Made by a program: the position numbers and the translations under genes. DNA of 64,000 nucleotides from Salinivirgaceae bacterium (lineage in GTDB: Bacteria > Bacteroidota > Bacteroidia > Bacteroidales > SZUA-534). The notes under the pieces are model-generated. The model did not search any database. It saw nothing but the letters and a program-made list of their open reading frames with translations, and was not told the origin of the DNA. Below, piece by piece: positions 1 through 9,598 of the stretch. The first letter of the stretch is position 1; every line of letters starts with the position of its first letter. Where the stretch lies: positions 42,182 through 106,181 of the forward strand of contig JAKSOL010000010.1 in NCBI GenBank assembly GCA_024405635.1, written 5' to 3'.

Positions 1-2261
1 AAAATGTAGTTTACTCGCACAATTGGAGTTTCTTGACCATCGATGTATGCTTTCCAAGTTTTGTAATAAACCTCAGAAAACACAGCCAACTGATCTTTAC
101 TATTTTGACTTTGATAAACGAGGTTTCCTGGATTAACATATTCAGTTAAAACGATGCTTGCGTTATCGCTATCGTGCTGAAGTTCAGCGGCATTTGGAAG
201 TTTATCGGCCCAGCAACGATCGATAAACGCGGTGGTTTGCGGATTAAATTCGTCAAGAGCCATAATTTCTTGGTCAGGCGAGTCAACCCACACTATTTCG
301 TTAACAAACCAAGCATTACCGAGTGCATCAGGATTTTGATTTACAGCAGGTTGGCCATCTTGACCGCGAGTAATAACATAACGTGTGTTGAGCATGTTAA
401 GCACATTGATGTTAATACTGCCCGATAGATGGTGATCGATAATGTCTTGATAGCGTTGCAATTTGGCAGCACTATAACCACCAACCGATTTATGGAATAA
501 CGATGTAGTTGCATCGTTAAAGGTGCTTACGGTAAGATTCAGTACGCGATAATCAGGGTCGGTATCTTTCATAATCAGACGATCGGCAGCAGTTGGCTGA
601 ACAACTTTTGCTGTTTTTTTAGGAACAAAATCGGCATCGTTAAGAAAACGTTTGTCAACCATCCATAAATCGAGCAGAATTAGCGCACCCAAACATGCAA
701 CTAACGTGTTGGTTTTCAGTTTATTATTTACTAACATCAGCATTAAAACAAATGCCAAAGCAATGAACACAAACGAGCGGAAAGAGTCGCTACGTAGCAT
801 ATTGGCGCGGTCGGCCTCAAGACTCGAAACCAACCAACCTGGGAAGTTGCTATCGATAGGTGAACTGAAACTGCAGAATGCACCGCCAATTGTAGCAAAC
901 AAAAGGCACAAGCCACCGGTTATTCCTGCTGCTATGCACATTGGTTTTACAAATTGCTTTCGGTTTTCGGTGGCCAAAAATTCTTTAACAGCCAACATTC
1001 CAAGAGCTGCCATTGTAACCTCGGCAATAACCAAGGCCATTGATGGTGTTCGGAACTTATTAAACAAAGGCAAAGTGTTGAACATAAGCTCGTTAAAAGC
1101 CATAAAATTGCCTCCCCACGATAGCATAAGCGACAATATGGTAGCCAACAATAGCCACCACCTATCGGCTGTTTTTACAACTATGAGACCTAACACAAAC
1201 AAAAAGCAAATGATGGCTCCCATGTAAACTGGTCCCGATGTGAAACTTTGTGTTCCCCAATAAGTTGGCGCATTGGCGCAAAATTGCTTTGCTTGGCCCG
1301 ATTGGCGCAGAGCATTATAACATTCAGATTTGTTACCAATATTATAATGTGAGCTACCACCGTAAAAATTAGGAATAAGCATAGTCATAGACTCGGCAAC
1401 TCCGTAGCTCCATTGAAAGGCATAGTCAATATCAAGGCCGCTTTTTTTCTTCTGATTTTCAGACTTTTGAGTTTTTAAAACTGCCCCACCTCGCATTGTA
1501 TCTTTTGAGTAATCGTAGGTTGGCAATAAAGTTCCTGTTGATGGAAGAACCGCTAATATGGCAACCAAACCAAGCACAGCCGATGATATAAAGAACTGTT
1601 TAACAGTTTTTTGGCGAATGGCATACACTAAATATACACCTGCCAATATTAACAACATCAAAAGCAAATAGTATGATATTTGTTGATGAGCCCAATATAC
1701 ATTTAACCCAGTAAAGACAAGAGTTACAAGCGCTCCAACTAAATATTTTTGCTTATAAGTAAGAATAACGCCAGCAATAACCGGCGCCATTGTTGCCATA
1801 ACTAATGCTTTATTTACATGCCCCGCCTCAATAATTATAATATTATACGAAGCAAAAGTATAGGCAATTGCCCCCACAATAGATAACCACGGTTTACAAC
1901 CAAAAGCAAGCATAAGTATATAAAAACCAATGGCATACAAGAAAATTAAGCCCAAGTGATAAGTAGGCATCTTAAACCTAATCCAACGAGAAATTGGTCG
2001 AAAAATGTTAGTAGTTTGCGGAGCGTATGCCATATTGGCTGGCATACCACCAAACATTCCGTTTGTCCAATAAGCAAATTCGCCAGTCTGCTCATGATAG
2101 TCGCGCAAATCTTTACTTGACATACGTCCACTTGCGACATCGCTTTGCGGCAAATCTTTGTTATCGAATGCTGCTGGCGCCATGTACACAACCGACATTA
2201 GCACAAACGACACAACCGCAACCAAGTGCGGCAACATTTTCTTTAAATTGAGGTTCTTCAT
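1..2261 (-). CDS. YfhO-family multi-pass membrane protein (GT-C-like), 3' end runs off the window
   Basis: Absent from the ORF track because no stop lies in the window. Manual translation from ATG 2261 gives MKNLNLKKMLPHLVAV...YWTNGMFGGMPA, and the left edge reads DQLAVFSEVYYKTWKAYIDGQETPIVRVNYI. Both are typical of Bacteroidota YfhO proteins. Confidence 0.85.
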   Translation of the reverse strand, partial: MKNLNLKKMLPHLVAVVSFVLMSVVYMAPAAFDNKDLPQSDVASGRMSSKDLRDYHEQTGEFAYWTNGMFGGMPANMAYAPQTTNIFRPISRWIRFKMPTYHLGLIFLYAIGFYILMLAFGCKPWLSIVGAIAYTFASYNIIIIEAGHVNKALVMATMAPVIAGVILTYKQKYLVGALVTLVFTGLNVYWAHQQISYYLLLMLLILAGVYLVYAIRQKTVKQFFISSAVLGLVAILAVLPSTGTLLPTYDYSKDTMRGGAVLKTQKSENQKKKSGLDIDYAFQWSYGVAESMTMLIPNFYGGSSHYNIGNKSECYNALRQSGQAKQFCANAPTYWGTQSFTSGPVYMGAIICFLFVLGLIVVKTADRWWLLLATILSLMLSWGGNFMAFNELMFNTLPLFNKFRTPSMALVIAEVTMAALGMLAVKEFLATENRKQFVKPMCIAAGITGGLCLLFATIGGAFCSFSSPIDSNFPGWLVSSLEADRANMLRSDSFRSFVFIALAFVLMLMLVNNKLKTNTLVACLGALILLDLWMVDKRFLNDADFVPKKTAKVVQPTAADRLIMKDTDPDYRVLNLTVSTFNDATTSLFHKSVGGYSAAKLQRYQDIIDHHLSGSININVLNMLNTRYVITRGQDGQPAVNQNPDALGNAWFVNEIVWVDSPDQEIMALDEFNPQTTAFIDRCWADKLPNAAELQHDSDNASIVLTEYVNPGNLVYQSQNSKDQLAVFSEVYYKTWKAYIDGQETPIVRVNYI

Positions 2262-2300
2262 AAACAATTCATTTTAGCGCACGAAGATAAAAAAGCAAAT

Positions 2301-3836
2301 TTAGTTATGTTTTTTACCTTTAATTTGATTTATATACTTGATAATGTACGAGTTAACAACTTCAGAAATCTGCCATTTATAAATTACCCACATTCCCAAT
2401 CCTCCTAGAACCGAAGTACGAACAATAGAATCGGCAAATAAATTGACAAGTTTTATGCTGCTTAAGCTTAAAAAGGTAGGTGCAACAAACAATTGCCACA
2501 ACTTATTTAAGCCAAATAATGCCAGAATAACAATAGCACATTTAAGTTGCGGCCAACAAAAAAGCGAAATGTTATCTTTAATCTTGACAACCAAAAGCAA
2601 CAACGAATATTGAATGCAATATGCTAACAACGAAGCAATTACAGCGCCTTCCATTCCCCAAATTGGGATAAGAAGAATGTTTAGCACAACGGCTGAAACC
2701 GACAGTAACAGAGTAAAAATTAACGAATAATAATAGTATCGCGAATAAGAAAGCACGGTGCTACCAATGCTCAAAACCGAATTAAATAGCCTTGTAAATC
2801 CCAAAATAAGCACCACATTTTTTGCAGCGGCATATTTTTCACCATCGTGTAATATGCTGAATATCAAATCGATATTAATCCACATCAGGAATAAAATAAA
2901 TGCACCAACCAAAAACTGATGCAAAGCCACATTTTTCACCAACGAGTTACATTCGGTAACATTGTGATTTTTCATGTGATCGGCCACAAGAGGGCGAGCA
3001 ATTGCGCCAAGCGAACGATAAGGCATTTCAACCATTCCCGCCATGTAAAATGCTATAGCAAACACTCCTGTAGTTGCCAATCCCATTTTCATACTTATAA
3101 AAAATGAGTTTATGTATGGCGTTATGGTTCCACTCAAAGCAGCGGTTATCAAAAACAAAGAATAAAGCAGGTAATCTTTTCGTAATGAAGGAGTTATGTG
3201 TTTAAAATCGGGTTTAAACGAAATCTTTTTAAGCGACAGCAAATAAACAATGTTTGCTAATGTAGCAATACCATAAACGGAACTAAACGCAACCACAAAT
3301 CCATCAAAATCAAGCATTTGCGCAGCATAAAGTGCATAAACGCCTAATGTTAACACGCGAATTAGAACCTCTTTAATGAATTTGGGAACTGCCACACGCA
3401 TCAGCACATTGGCATTGGTCTCAAACACAGCAGAATAGAGTATGAAAAAGCCAATAGGGAAAACAAAATTGTAACAGCTGACAAACAATGCCGACTTATC
3501 GGAAAACAGACTTGTAATGGGTTCGCGAAGGAACCAAAACAGCATTCCGTACAAAGCAAAGCCAAACAAGGGAACCAAAACCGTCCAAAAGAAAAAACCA
3601 TGGTCGTTATGGTCGGCATCTTTAAAATATGGATAAAAGCGCATAGCCGATGAGTTGGTGCCCAGTTGCGCCAATCCACTCAATAATGTTGCAGCATCAA
3701 CCAAAACTCGGGTTAGTCCAATCTCTTCGGAAGTGAGAACGCGTGTAAGAACAAAAAAAGTTGTTACCGCACCTATTGCTGCACCTAAATAGGTGGCAAG
3801 TGTTCCTTTAATACTCTGATTAACAATCACTCCCAT
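2301..3836 (-). CDS. Wzx/MATE-like polysaccharide flippase
   Basis: Many hydrophobic helices. N-terminal MGVIVNQSIKGTLATYLGAAIG and C-terminal LNILLIPIWGMEGAVIAS are typical of Polysacc_synt exporters. Confidence 0.85.
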   Translation of the reverse strand: MGVIVNQSIKGTLATYLGAAIGAVTTFFVLTRVLTSEEIGLTRVLVDAATLLSGLAQLGTNSSAMRFYPYFKDADHNDHGFFFWTVLVPLFGFALYGMLFWFLREPITSLFSDKSALFVSCYNFVFPIGFFILYSAVFETNANVLMRVAVPKFIKEVLIRVLTLGVYALYAAQMLDFDGFVVAFSSVYGIATLANIVYLLSLKKISFKPDFKHITPSLRKDYLLYSLFLITAALSGTITPYINSFFISMKMGLATTGVFAIAFYMAGMVEMPYRSLGAIARPLVADHMKNHNVTECNSLVKNVALHQFLVGAFILFLMWINIDLIFSILHDGEKYAAAKNVVLILGFTRLFNSVLSIGSTVLSYSRYYYYSLIFTLLLSVSAVVLNILLIPIWGMEGAVIASLLAYCIQYSLLLLVVKIKDNISLFCWPQLKCAIVILALFGLNKLWQLFVAPTFLSLSSIKLVNLFADSIVRTSVLGGLGMWVIYKWQISEVVNSYIIKYINQIKGKKHN

Positions 3837-3847
3837 TGGCTATGGTG

Positions 3848-5155
3848 TTAATTTTTTATCTCGTTTAATATTATATCAATAATTTTTTGCGAAGGCATTA
3901 CCCCATCAGTTGGGCATAAATACTCTTCAAAAAACTGCACACGCTGAGTTTTCATAGCATCGTTACCGGCAATAACAACATCGGCAACATAGCGTTCAAC
4001 ATCGGCTGGTGAATGTGCATGATAGTGCAAAGCAAAGCACTTTTCGCCAAAAGAGTTCAGGTGGTCGGTTGTGTGCTCGTCTTTAACTATAAACATGGTT
4101 GGTTTTTGTGTATAAAGGTACTCGGCAGTAAACGACGCGCAATCGTGAATCATTGCATCTGAGGTTGCAAACAAATCGATGTATGCGCCATCTTCAAGCT
4201 GGCCGTTGGGCAAATTGCGCCAACGTTGGTAGTATTCTTCAGTTTTTTCTTCGCCCCAAATGTTTATCAATTTAAACTTTAACACTGGATGAGGCTTAAA
4301 TGCTATCTGAATTTCGTCTTGATACTTTTCGGCCAGTTGCAACATTAACTCGCAGTAGGTAAAAAAGTTTGAAAAGTTAAACAGATAATCAACAGTGTGA
4401 TGCGGTGCCCAAATGATGCGTTTTTTAGGTTTTGACTGCGGTTTCCAAACATTGCGAGGTTGGTAGTTGGGGCTAATAATTGGCTCCATTCCTAAACATC
4501 CTGACACAACTACATTTTCGTCAGACCGAATGCCATATTTGTTGTAGTATTCCTTTTGATAAGGAGTTTCAACAAACGATTTCCAAAGCATTGAATGGAA
4601 AATAGACCCATAGTTATTTTTGTAATTATCGATGCACACAAATCCGTAAGGAACATAGCACGACAATTTGTTGGCAAAAGAGTAAACATGATACTTTGGC
4701 AGAGTATCTTTATATGGTTTAGTAAAGAAAACAATGTCGGGATTCACCTCTTTTTTCACGTCAATCCACTTGTGATTTGACGCACAATAAGCCGATATGT
4801 ATTTATAATTGCTTGATTTAACAAACTCTTCAGTTTGAGCCATTACGTTAATGTACTCTTGCTTAGAATAATATAGGTGTACATTGAACGGAACAATAAC
4901 CACAATGGGGTCAAAAATGTTGTAACGCTCAAATAATCGGTACAGATAGTCATATTTCCAAGTGGTTGGAGTTTGTATAAAAAAGGCTACTTTAATTTTA
5001 TCTTTTTTAGCCAATTGTTTAACAAGTTTTTGCTGGCTATGCACTATTTTTTTTAAACGTTTGGCTAGCAATTTGGGGAATAGAGAGATGAAAAGGTCTC
5101 CAAAAGAAACCGATTTGTACAATACATCTACTTTTTGCAACAAGTTGGAAAACAT
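3848..5155 (-). CDS. CDP-glycerol/polyol-phosphate glycerophosphotransferase family protein (TagB/TagF-like)
   Basis: Motifs IIWAPHHT, IAFKPHP and SDAMIHDCASFTAEY; next to a TagD-like cytidylyltransferase. Confidence 0.75.
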   Translation of the reverse strand: MFSNLLQKVDVLYKSVSFGDLFISLFPKLLAKRLKKIVHSQQKLVKQLAKKDKIKVAFFIQTPTTWKYDYLYRLFERYNIFDPIVVIVPFNVHLYYSKQEYINVMAQTEEFVKSSNYKYISAYCASNHKWIDVKKEVNPDIVFFTKPYKDTLPKYHVYSFANKLSCYVPYGFVCIDNYKNNYGSIFHSMLWKSFVETPYQKEYYNKYGIRSDENVVVSGCLGMEPIISPNYQPRNVWKPQSKPKKRIIWAPHHTVDYLFNFSNFFTYCELMLQLAEKYQDEIQIAFKPHPVLKFKLINIWGEEKTEEYYQRWRNLPNGQLEDGAYIDLFATSDAMIHDCASFTAEYLYTQKPTMFIVKDEHTTDHLNSFGEKCFALHYHAHSPADVERYVADVVIAGNDAMKTQRVQFFEEYLCPTDGVMPSQKIIDIILNEIKN

Positions 5156-5156
5156 A

Positions 5157-6500
5157 TTATATAAGTGTAGTTTTTTGTCCTTTTATATAAATGTCAATTA
5201 CAGATGATATTGCAGTAGATTCTTTGATGGACAATTTGTATGATTCTTTTTTAGGAGAATTAATTAGATGCAAGAACTCTTCAATTTCGTATCTAAGTCC
5301 ATCGCCATCAAATTTGTAGAAGTATTTTTTAGTATTATTCAAATCCTCGTAACGCAATTCAAAATATTCGGTTTTCCACCATGGTGCAGGTACATAGGCG
5401 TAACCTTTGGTACCCGAAATAATAAGGCAGCCCTCTGTTTTAACGCCTAAACCAACTTTAAACGAAGCTGTTGACTGTTTAAACTGGAACAATCCTTTTG
5501 TAAAGATATCAACACCATTTTCGTAGCTAGAGAAAAAACGCACATCACAAAAATCGTTTCCAAACAATTTAACTATTGGCAACAACACATAAGAGGCAAG
5601 TTCGGTAACACTACCACCTGCCATTTGAGGATTCAGTTCGCGTAAGTTTCCGGTTGTTAGTTTGGTAAACGATGCCTCAACATCTTTTATAGTTCCTATG
5701 CATCCGCTTTTTACTAATGAAATTAAATGAGTAAATCCGGGCGAATAGGCGGTTTTTATTGCCTCAAGCAGAACTAGGTTCTTAGAGTTTGCAAGTTCAT
5801 ACAAACTTTCGGTTTCAGTTTTTGACAAGGTAATTGGTTTTTCACAAAGAACATGTTTACCCTTGTTTAATGCTTGTCTAATGTAATCGGCATGAGTTTT
5901 ATGAGGTGAGGCTATGTATATAGCATCAACATTTTCGGCAAATGAATCAAAATTTGATGATGCTATTTTTAGTTCGTGTTTGGCACAAAAGGCATCGGCC
6001 GATGCTTGATTGGGGTTATATACACCAACAACATCAACGCCGCTCACATATTTTGATTCTAAAACAAAGCGATTTGCAATTCGGCCACTTCCAATTATAC
6101 CTATTTCAACTATTCGTTGCGACAAATCGCGTATTTGAGTGCTTGATATTCCCTTTGTGCGCTCCAAATAAACAACATCGCAATATTCTTTTAGGTAATC
6201 AAATTTACCAACCCAATCTGAACCTATAGCAAAAATGTCTATTCCATATTTTTGTATATCGTCAATTTTTTGTCCTTCGTATTCTTCAATAATAATTTCG
6301 TCGGCCAAACCTGTTGCTCTTACGTCATTTATTCGATCAATGCAACTTTTCTGAACATTTAATTTACCACGACCTTTATCATAGTTTTCGGTAGTAACGC
6401 CTACAATTAAATAATCGCCAAGGGCTTTTGCTCTTTTAAGCAAATTGATATGCCCATAATGTAGCATATCAAATGTTCCGTATGTTATTACTTTCTTCAT
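5157..6500 (-). CDS. Fusion of glycerol-3-phosphate cytidylyltransferase-like domain and Gfo/Idh/MocA oxidoreductase
   Basis: N-terminus VITYGTFDMLHYGHINLL...RTKGISST (TagD HxGH and RTxGISxT motifs). C-terminus GIIGSGRIA and GKHVLCEKP (Gfo/Idh/MocA). Confidence 0.9.
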   Translation of the reverse strand: MKKVITYGTFDMLHYGHINLLKRAKALGDYLIVGVTTENYDKGRGKLNVQKSCIDRINDVRATGLADEIIIEEYEGQKIDDIQKYGIDIFAIGSDWVGKFDYLKEYCDVVYLERTKGISSTQIRDLSQRIVEIGIIGSGRIANRFVLESKYVSGVDVVGVYNPNQASADAFCAKHELKIASSNFDSFAENVDAIYIASPHKTHADYIRQALNKGKHVLCEKPITLSKTETESLYELANSKNLVLLEAIKTAYSPGFTHLISLVKSGCIGTIKDVEASFTKLTTGNLRELNPQMAGGSVTELASYVLLPIVKLFGNDFCDVRFFSSYENGVDIFTKGLFQFKQSTASFKVGLGVKTEGCLIISGTKGYAYVPAPWWKTEYFELRYEDLNNTKKYFYKFDGDGLRYEIEEFLHLINSPKKESYKLSIKESTAISSVIDIYIKGQKTTLI

Positions 6501-6570
6501 ATATGCATGAACTTCAAATAATTCATTTAAGTTGCACGTTTTCGTTTTATGCCTCTTCTAAAATAGTTTG

Positions 6571-7371
6571 TTAATCATTGAATTTTATTTCCAAGCTATG
6601 TATTTGTCGCTTTTCAATTGGCGGCACTTGCATATAATCTCCATAAATGTTTGATAAATATGCATCAAAATTGCCTGGACACAAGAATTTATGTCCTTCA
6701 AATTCAATTTCGGTTAATGGAAATATTGTATTAGAGTTTACTCGTTTATTTCGCATTAGAGTAAAAAAGTCAATTGCATAGCTATAAATCAAGTTTTTAA
6801 TTTGAAAAACCGAGAAAAAAGTACGCAATGTAAACTCAATCAGCAAGCAAGGCAAATACAATATGCAAGCAACTATGTATTCTGATTTAGAACTTGAAAA
6901 ATGATTTACCCGTCGGAAAGTACGGCCATAGATTAAATCAAATGCTGTTTTAATTTTTACCGATCCTGTTTCCATTGGAAAGATATCGACAAACAGGCCG
7001 TTGTGCGCTTTGGCAAATTCGGTTTTATGAATGCTCACTATCTCCGATTTGGTATCAACAACTCTTCCGTATGCTAAAAAGTAGTTTTTGTCGGTTTTAT
7101 GGTTTTGCAAAACGTATTTTTCAGGTAGTTCTAATTCTAATGCTTTGTATAACCGTTTTTGGTCTTTTCTGAGTATTGTAATATCCACGTCATCGTCCCA
7201 TGGAATAAAACCTTTATGGCGAACAGCGCCAAGTAGAGTGCCAAAATCAAGCCAATATGGAATATTGTTTTTTCGGCACACTTTATCTATTTCCACCAAA
7301 ATGTCGAGGAGTCGTAATTGTGCTTTACGTAATGTTGTTCCTTCGGCATTATAATGTGACAAATCTTCCAT
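6571..7371 (-). CDS. licD: LicD-family phosphotransferase
   Basis: YWLDFGTLLGAVRHKGFIPWDDDVDI, GLFVDIFP and YLSNIYGDYM. Likely start is ATG 7371 (MEDLSH); the track extends to 7407. Confidence 0.9.
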   Translation of the reverse strand: MEDLSHYNAEGTTLRKAQLRLLDILVEIDKVCRKNNIPYWLDFGTLLGAVRHKGFIPWDDDVDITILRKDQKRLYKALELELPEKYVLQNHKTDKNYFLAYGRVVDTKSEIVSIHKTEFAKAHNGLFVDIFPMETGSVKIKTAFDLIYGRTFRRVNHFSSSKSEYIVACILYLPCLLIEFTLRTFFSVFQIKNLIYSYAIDFFTLMRNKRVNSNTIFPLTEIEFEGHKFLCPGNFDAYLSNIYGDYMQVPPIEKRQIHSLEIKFND

Positions 7372-7473
7372 TTTTAACTTGTTATTTGCTTTGCAAAGTA
7401 AGCACAAGCCCGCAATATCACGTTATAAATAGGCCATTGTTTTTATTGATAAATTGCTTTTTGCTATAAACAA

Positions 7474-7514
7474 CAAACTCCGCCCCAAAGTTGAAGGCCT
7501 TTGAGCGGAGTTTG
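7474..7514 (-). terminator. Probable intrinsic terminator after the aminotransferase gene
   Basis: Inverted repeat CAAACTCCGC..CAAAG / CTTTG..GCGGAGTTTG just downstream of the stop at 7539; the U-tail is weak. Confidence 0.55.
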
Positions 7515-7538
7515 CTATGTAAAGCTATTGTTGAGCTA

Positions 7539-8828
7539 TTATTTTGCAACCTCTTTGCAAGCTGCGTATATTCCCTCAAACAATGGTTTAATATCTTTTT
7601 CAGCAACTGCTGAGAATGCAATGCGCAACAATCCGTTAAGGTTGATTGTTCCAATGCTATATTTTTCAATTAGCAACATACGAACAGCTTCTGCATCAAT
7701 GTTTTCGTTTAGTTTGATGCACATAAAATAGCCTGAGTTGTATGGTAGTGGAGCAAAACACTCTTTGTATTTTTCGTCTTTAAGAGTCTCTTTTACTGCA
7801 TTGTAACGTTGTTGCATTGTTTGCAATTTAGCTTTCTTTTCGTCGGCATAGGTAGGCGACTCAAAGGCTTGCAACAACAACGATTGCGACAAGTTGCTTG
7901 CATTTGAAATGTTGCCACGAACGGCGCCTGCTGTTTTGTTTTCAAGTGCTGCATATAGGTCGGCATCGCCACCTTTTACTCCGTATGTGATAAAGCCTAC
8001 ACGGAAACCCCAAACGTAATCTTCTTTGGTTGGGCCGTCAACTTTTACAGCAAGTACATTTTCGTGCAAGTCGCACAAGTATGCAAATGGCGATTGAAGG
8101 TCAACGCCTTGTTCGTAAACTAAGCCAAAGTATGCATCGTCGCAAACTACCGCTATTTTTTTGCCACTCTCGGCTGCTTTTTTAATGGTTGCAACCAATT
8201 GTTTCATTTCTTCAACAGTTGGAGAGTAACCTGTTGGGTTGTTTGGGAAGTTAAGCAATAGTACTTTTTTGTCGCCTTCGGCCATAAGTGCAGCCTCAAC
8301 AGCGGCAATGTCCATTGCGTTGTTTTTAAACAAGTTGTATGTTACAACTTTTGCACCGTAACCGTTAGTTAATGCCAAATTGTAGTTGCCCCAATAAAGG
8401 TTTGGTACAAGAATTTCTTGCCCTTCGTCTAACAACATATAGCCAACCATGCTAATACCATGAGTTAGTGCGCTTGTTGCAACTGGTAAACTGTAAACTT
8501 TGCCTTTCAACGATGGATTTTTCTCAGCAATCATTGTTTGCCAACGTTTACGAATGTCAGGGCGACCAAAACTTGGAGCGTATAGGAATGCTAGTTTTGA
8601 GTCGATGCCCAATTTTGAACTGATGCTCTCAAGGTGCATTGGAGTGCCATCGTCTTCAATTGCAGTACCAATTGTTGCATTGATTTTTGTTCCTTTGGCA
8701 TCGGCCGATTGGCCTAGAATACCTTTTTTAGGGAAGAAAATGTTTTTGCCACGTTGTGACAACAATTCAAAAACTGCATTGTTTTTTTGCTGAATTGTGT
8801 TGTTTAATTCTTGCGCTTGGGGATTCAT
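7539..8828 (-). CDS. PLP-dependent aminotransferase class I/II
   Basis: NFPNNPTG, CDDAYFG and PLP-lysine segment DGPTKEDYVWGFRVG. Confidence 0.9.
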   Translation of the reverse strand: MNPQAQELNNTIQQKNNAVFELLSQRGKNIFFPKKGILGQSADAKGTKINATIGTAIEDDGTPMHLESISSKLGIDSKLAFLYAPSFGRPDIRKRWQTMIAEKNPSLKGKVYSLPVATSALTHGISMVGYMLLDEGQEILVPNLYWGNYNLALTNGYGAKVVTYNLFKNNAMDIAAVEAALMAEGDKKVLLLNFPNNPTGYSPTVEEMKQLVATIKKAAESGKKIAVVCDDAYFGLVYEQGVDLQSPFAYLCDLHENVLAVKVDGPTKEDYVWGFRVGFITYGVKGGDADLYAALENKTAGAVRGNISNASNLSQSLLLQAFESPTYADEKKAKLQTMQQRYNAVKETLKDEKYKECFAPLPYNSGYFMCIKLNENIDAEAVRMLLIEKYSIGTINLNGLLRIAFSAVAEKDIKPLFEGIYAACKEVAK

Positions 8829-8862
8829 ATTTGTATCAATTTATTGATTTCGTAATTGGTCG

Positions 8863-8870
8863 CAAATTTA
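8863..8870 (-). promoter_or_regulatory. Bacteroidota -7 promoter element (TAAATTTG)
   Basis: Matches TAnnTTTG about 35 nt upstream of the aminotransferase ATG. Confidence 0.55.
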
Positions 8871-8914
8871 CAAAAAATGCCACTGACAGCATACGTGTTT
8901 CACGTTTCTATCTA

Positions 8915-9589
8915 TCACTTTTTTGAGTAGTCGCGCTCGCCAAAAATAGAGGAGCCTATACGTACTATTGTACTGCCTTTTGCTATTGCCAACTGGTAGT
9001 CGCCCGACATGCCCATTGATAGTTCACAAAAATCGTCTTTGGTGCTAAAAAAATCGCGTTTCAAGTTGTTGAATATGCTTTGCAAATGAGCAAACTCTTG
9101 TTCGGTTTGTTGTTTATTGTCAGTAAAACTGCCTATTCCCATAACACCTACAATGTTTACGTTTTGCAGTTGAGCAAACTCTTCTGATTTAAGTATTGCG
9201 TACGCTTCGTCTTCGGTTAACCCAAATTTGCTCAACTCGGTTGCTATATGGAATTGTAGCAAGCAATTGATTACACGATTGTTTTTTGCTGCCTCTTTGT
9301 TTATAACTTGCAGAACTTCAAGGCTATCGATGCTATGAATAAGCGAAACAAATGGTGCTATATACTTAACCTTATTTGTTTGCAAGTGACCAATAAAATG
9401 CCATTCAATGTCGGTTGGCAATTCGTCGTGTTTTTGTCGCAATTCTTGCGGTTTGTTTTCGCCAAATGCACGTTGTCCAAGATTGTAAGCTGCCAAAATA
9501 TCTTCGTTTGGCTTGGTTTTAGACACTGCCAATAGTTTTACGTTACTTGGCAGTTCGGCTCGCAGTTTTAGCAGATATTCCGAATTCAT
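8915..9589 (-). CDS. yggS: YggS/PLPBP pyridoxal-phosphate homeostasis protein
   Basis: LLAVSKTK, FGENKPQE, WHFIGHLQTNK, LSMGMSGD and VRIGSSIFG. Confidence 0.95.
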   Translation of the reverse strand: MNSEYLLKLRAELPSNVKLLAVSKTKPNEDILAAYNLGQRAFGENKPQELRQKHDELPTDIEWHFIGHLQTNKVKYIAPFVSLIHSIDSLEVLQVINKEAAKNNRVINCLLQFHIATELSKFGLTEDEAYAILKSEEFAQLQNVNIVGVMGIGSFTDNKQQTEQEFAHLQSIFNNLKRDFFSTKDDFCELSMGMSGDYQLAIAKGSTIVRIGSSIFGERDYSKK

Positions 9590-9598
9590 TGCTGAAAT

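Noticed and set aside
174-2251. Track ORFs 174-428, 652-1227, 1946-2191 and 2027-2251
   Set aside because: They are shadows of the minus-strand YfhO gene, which the track missed because its stop lies outside the window.
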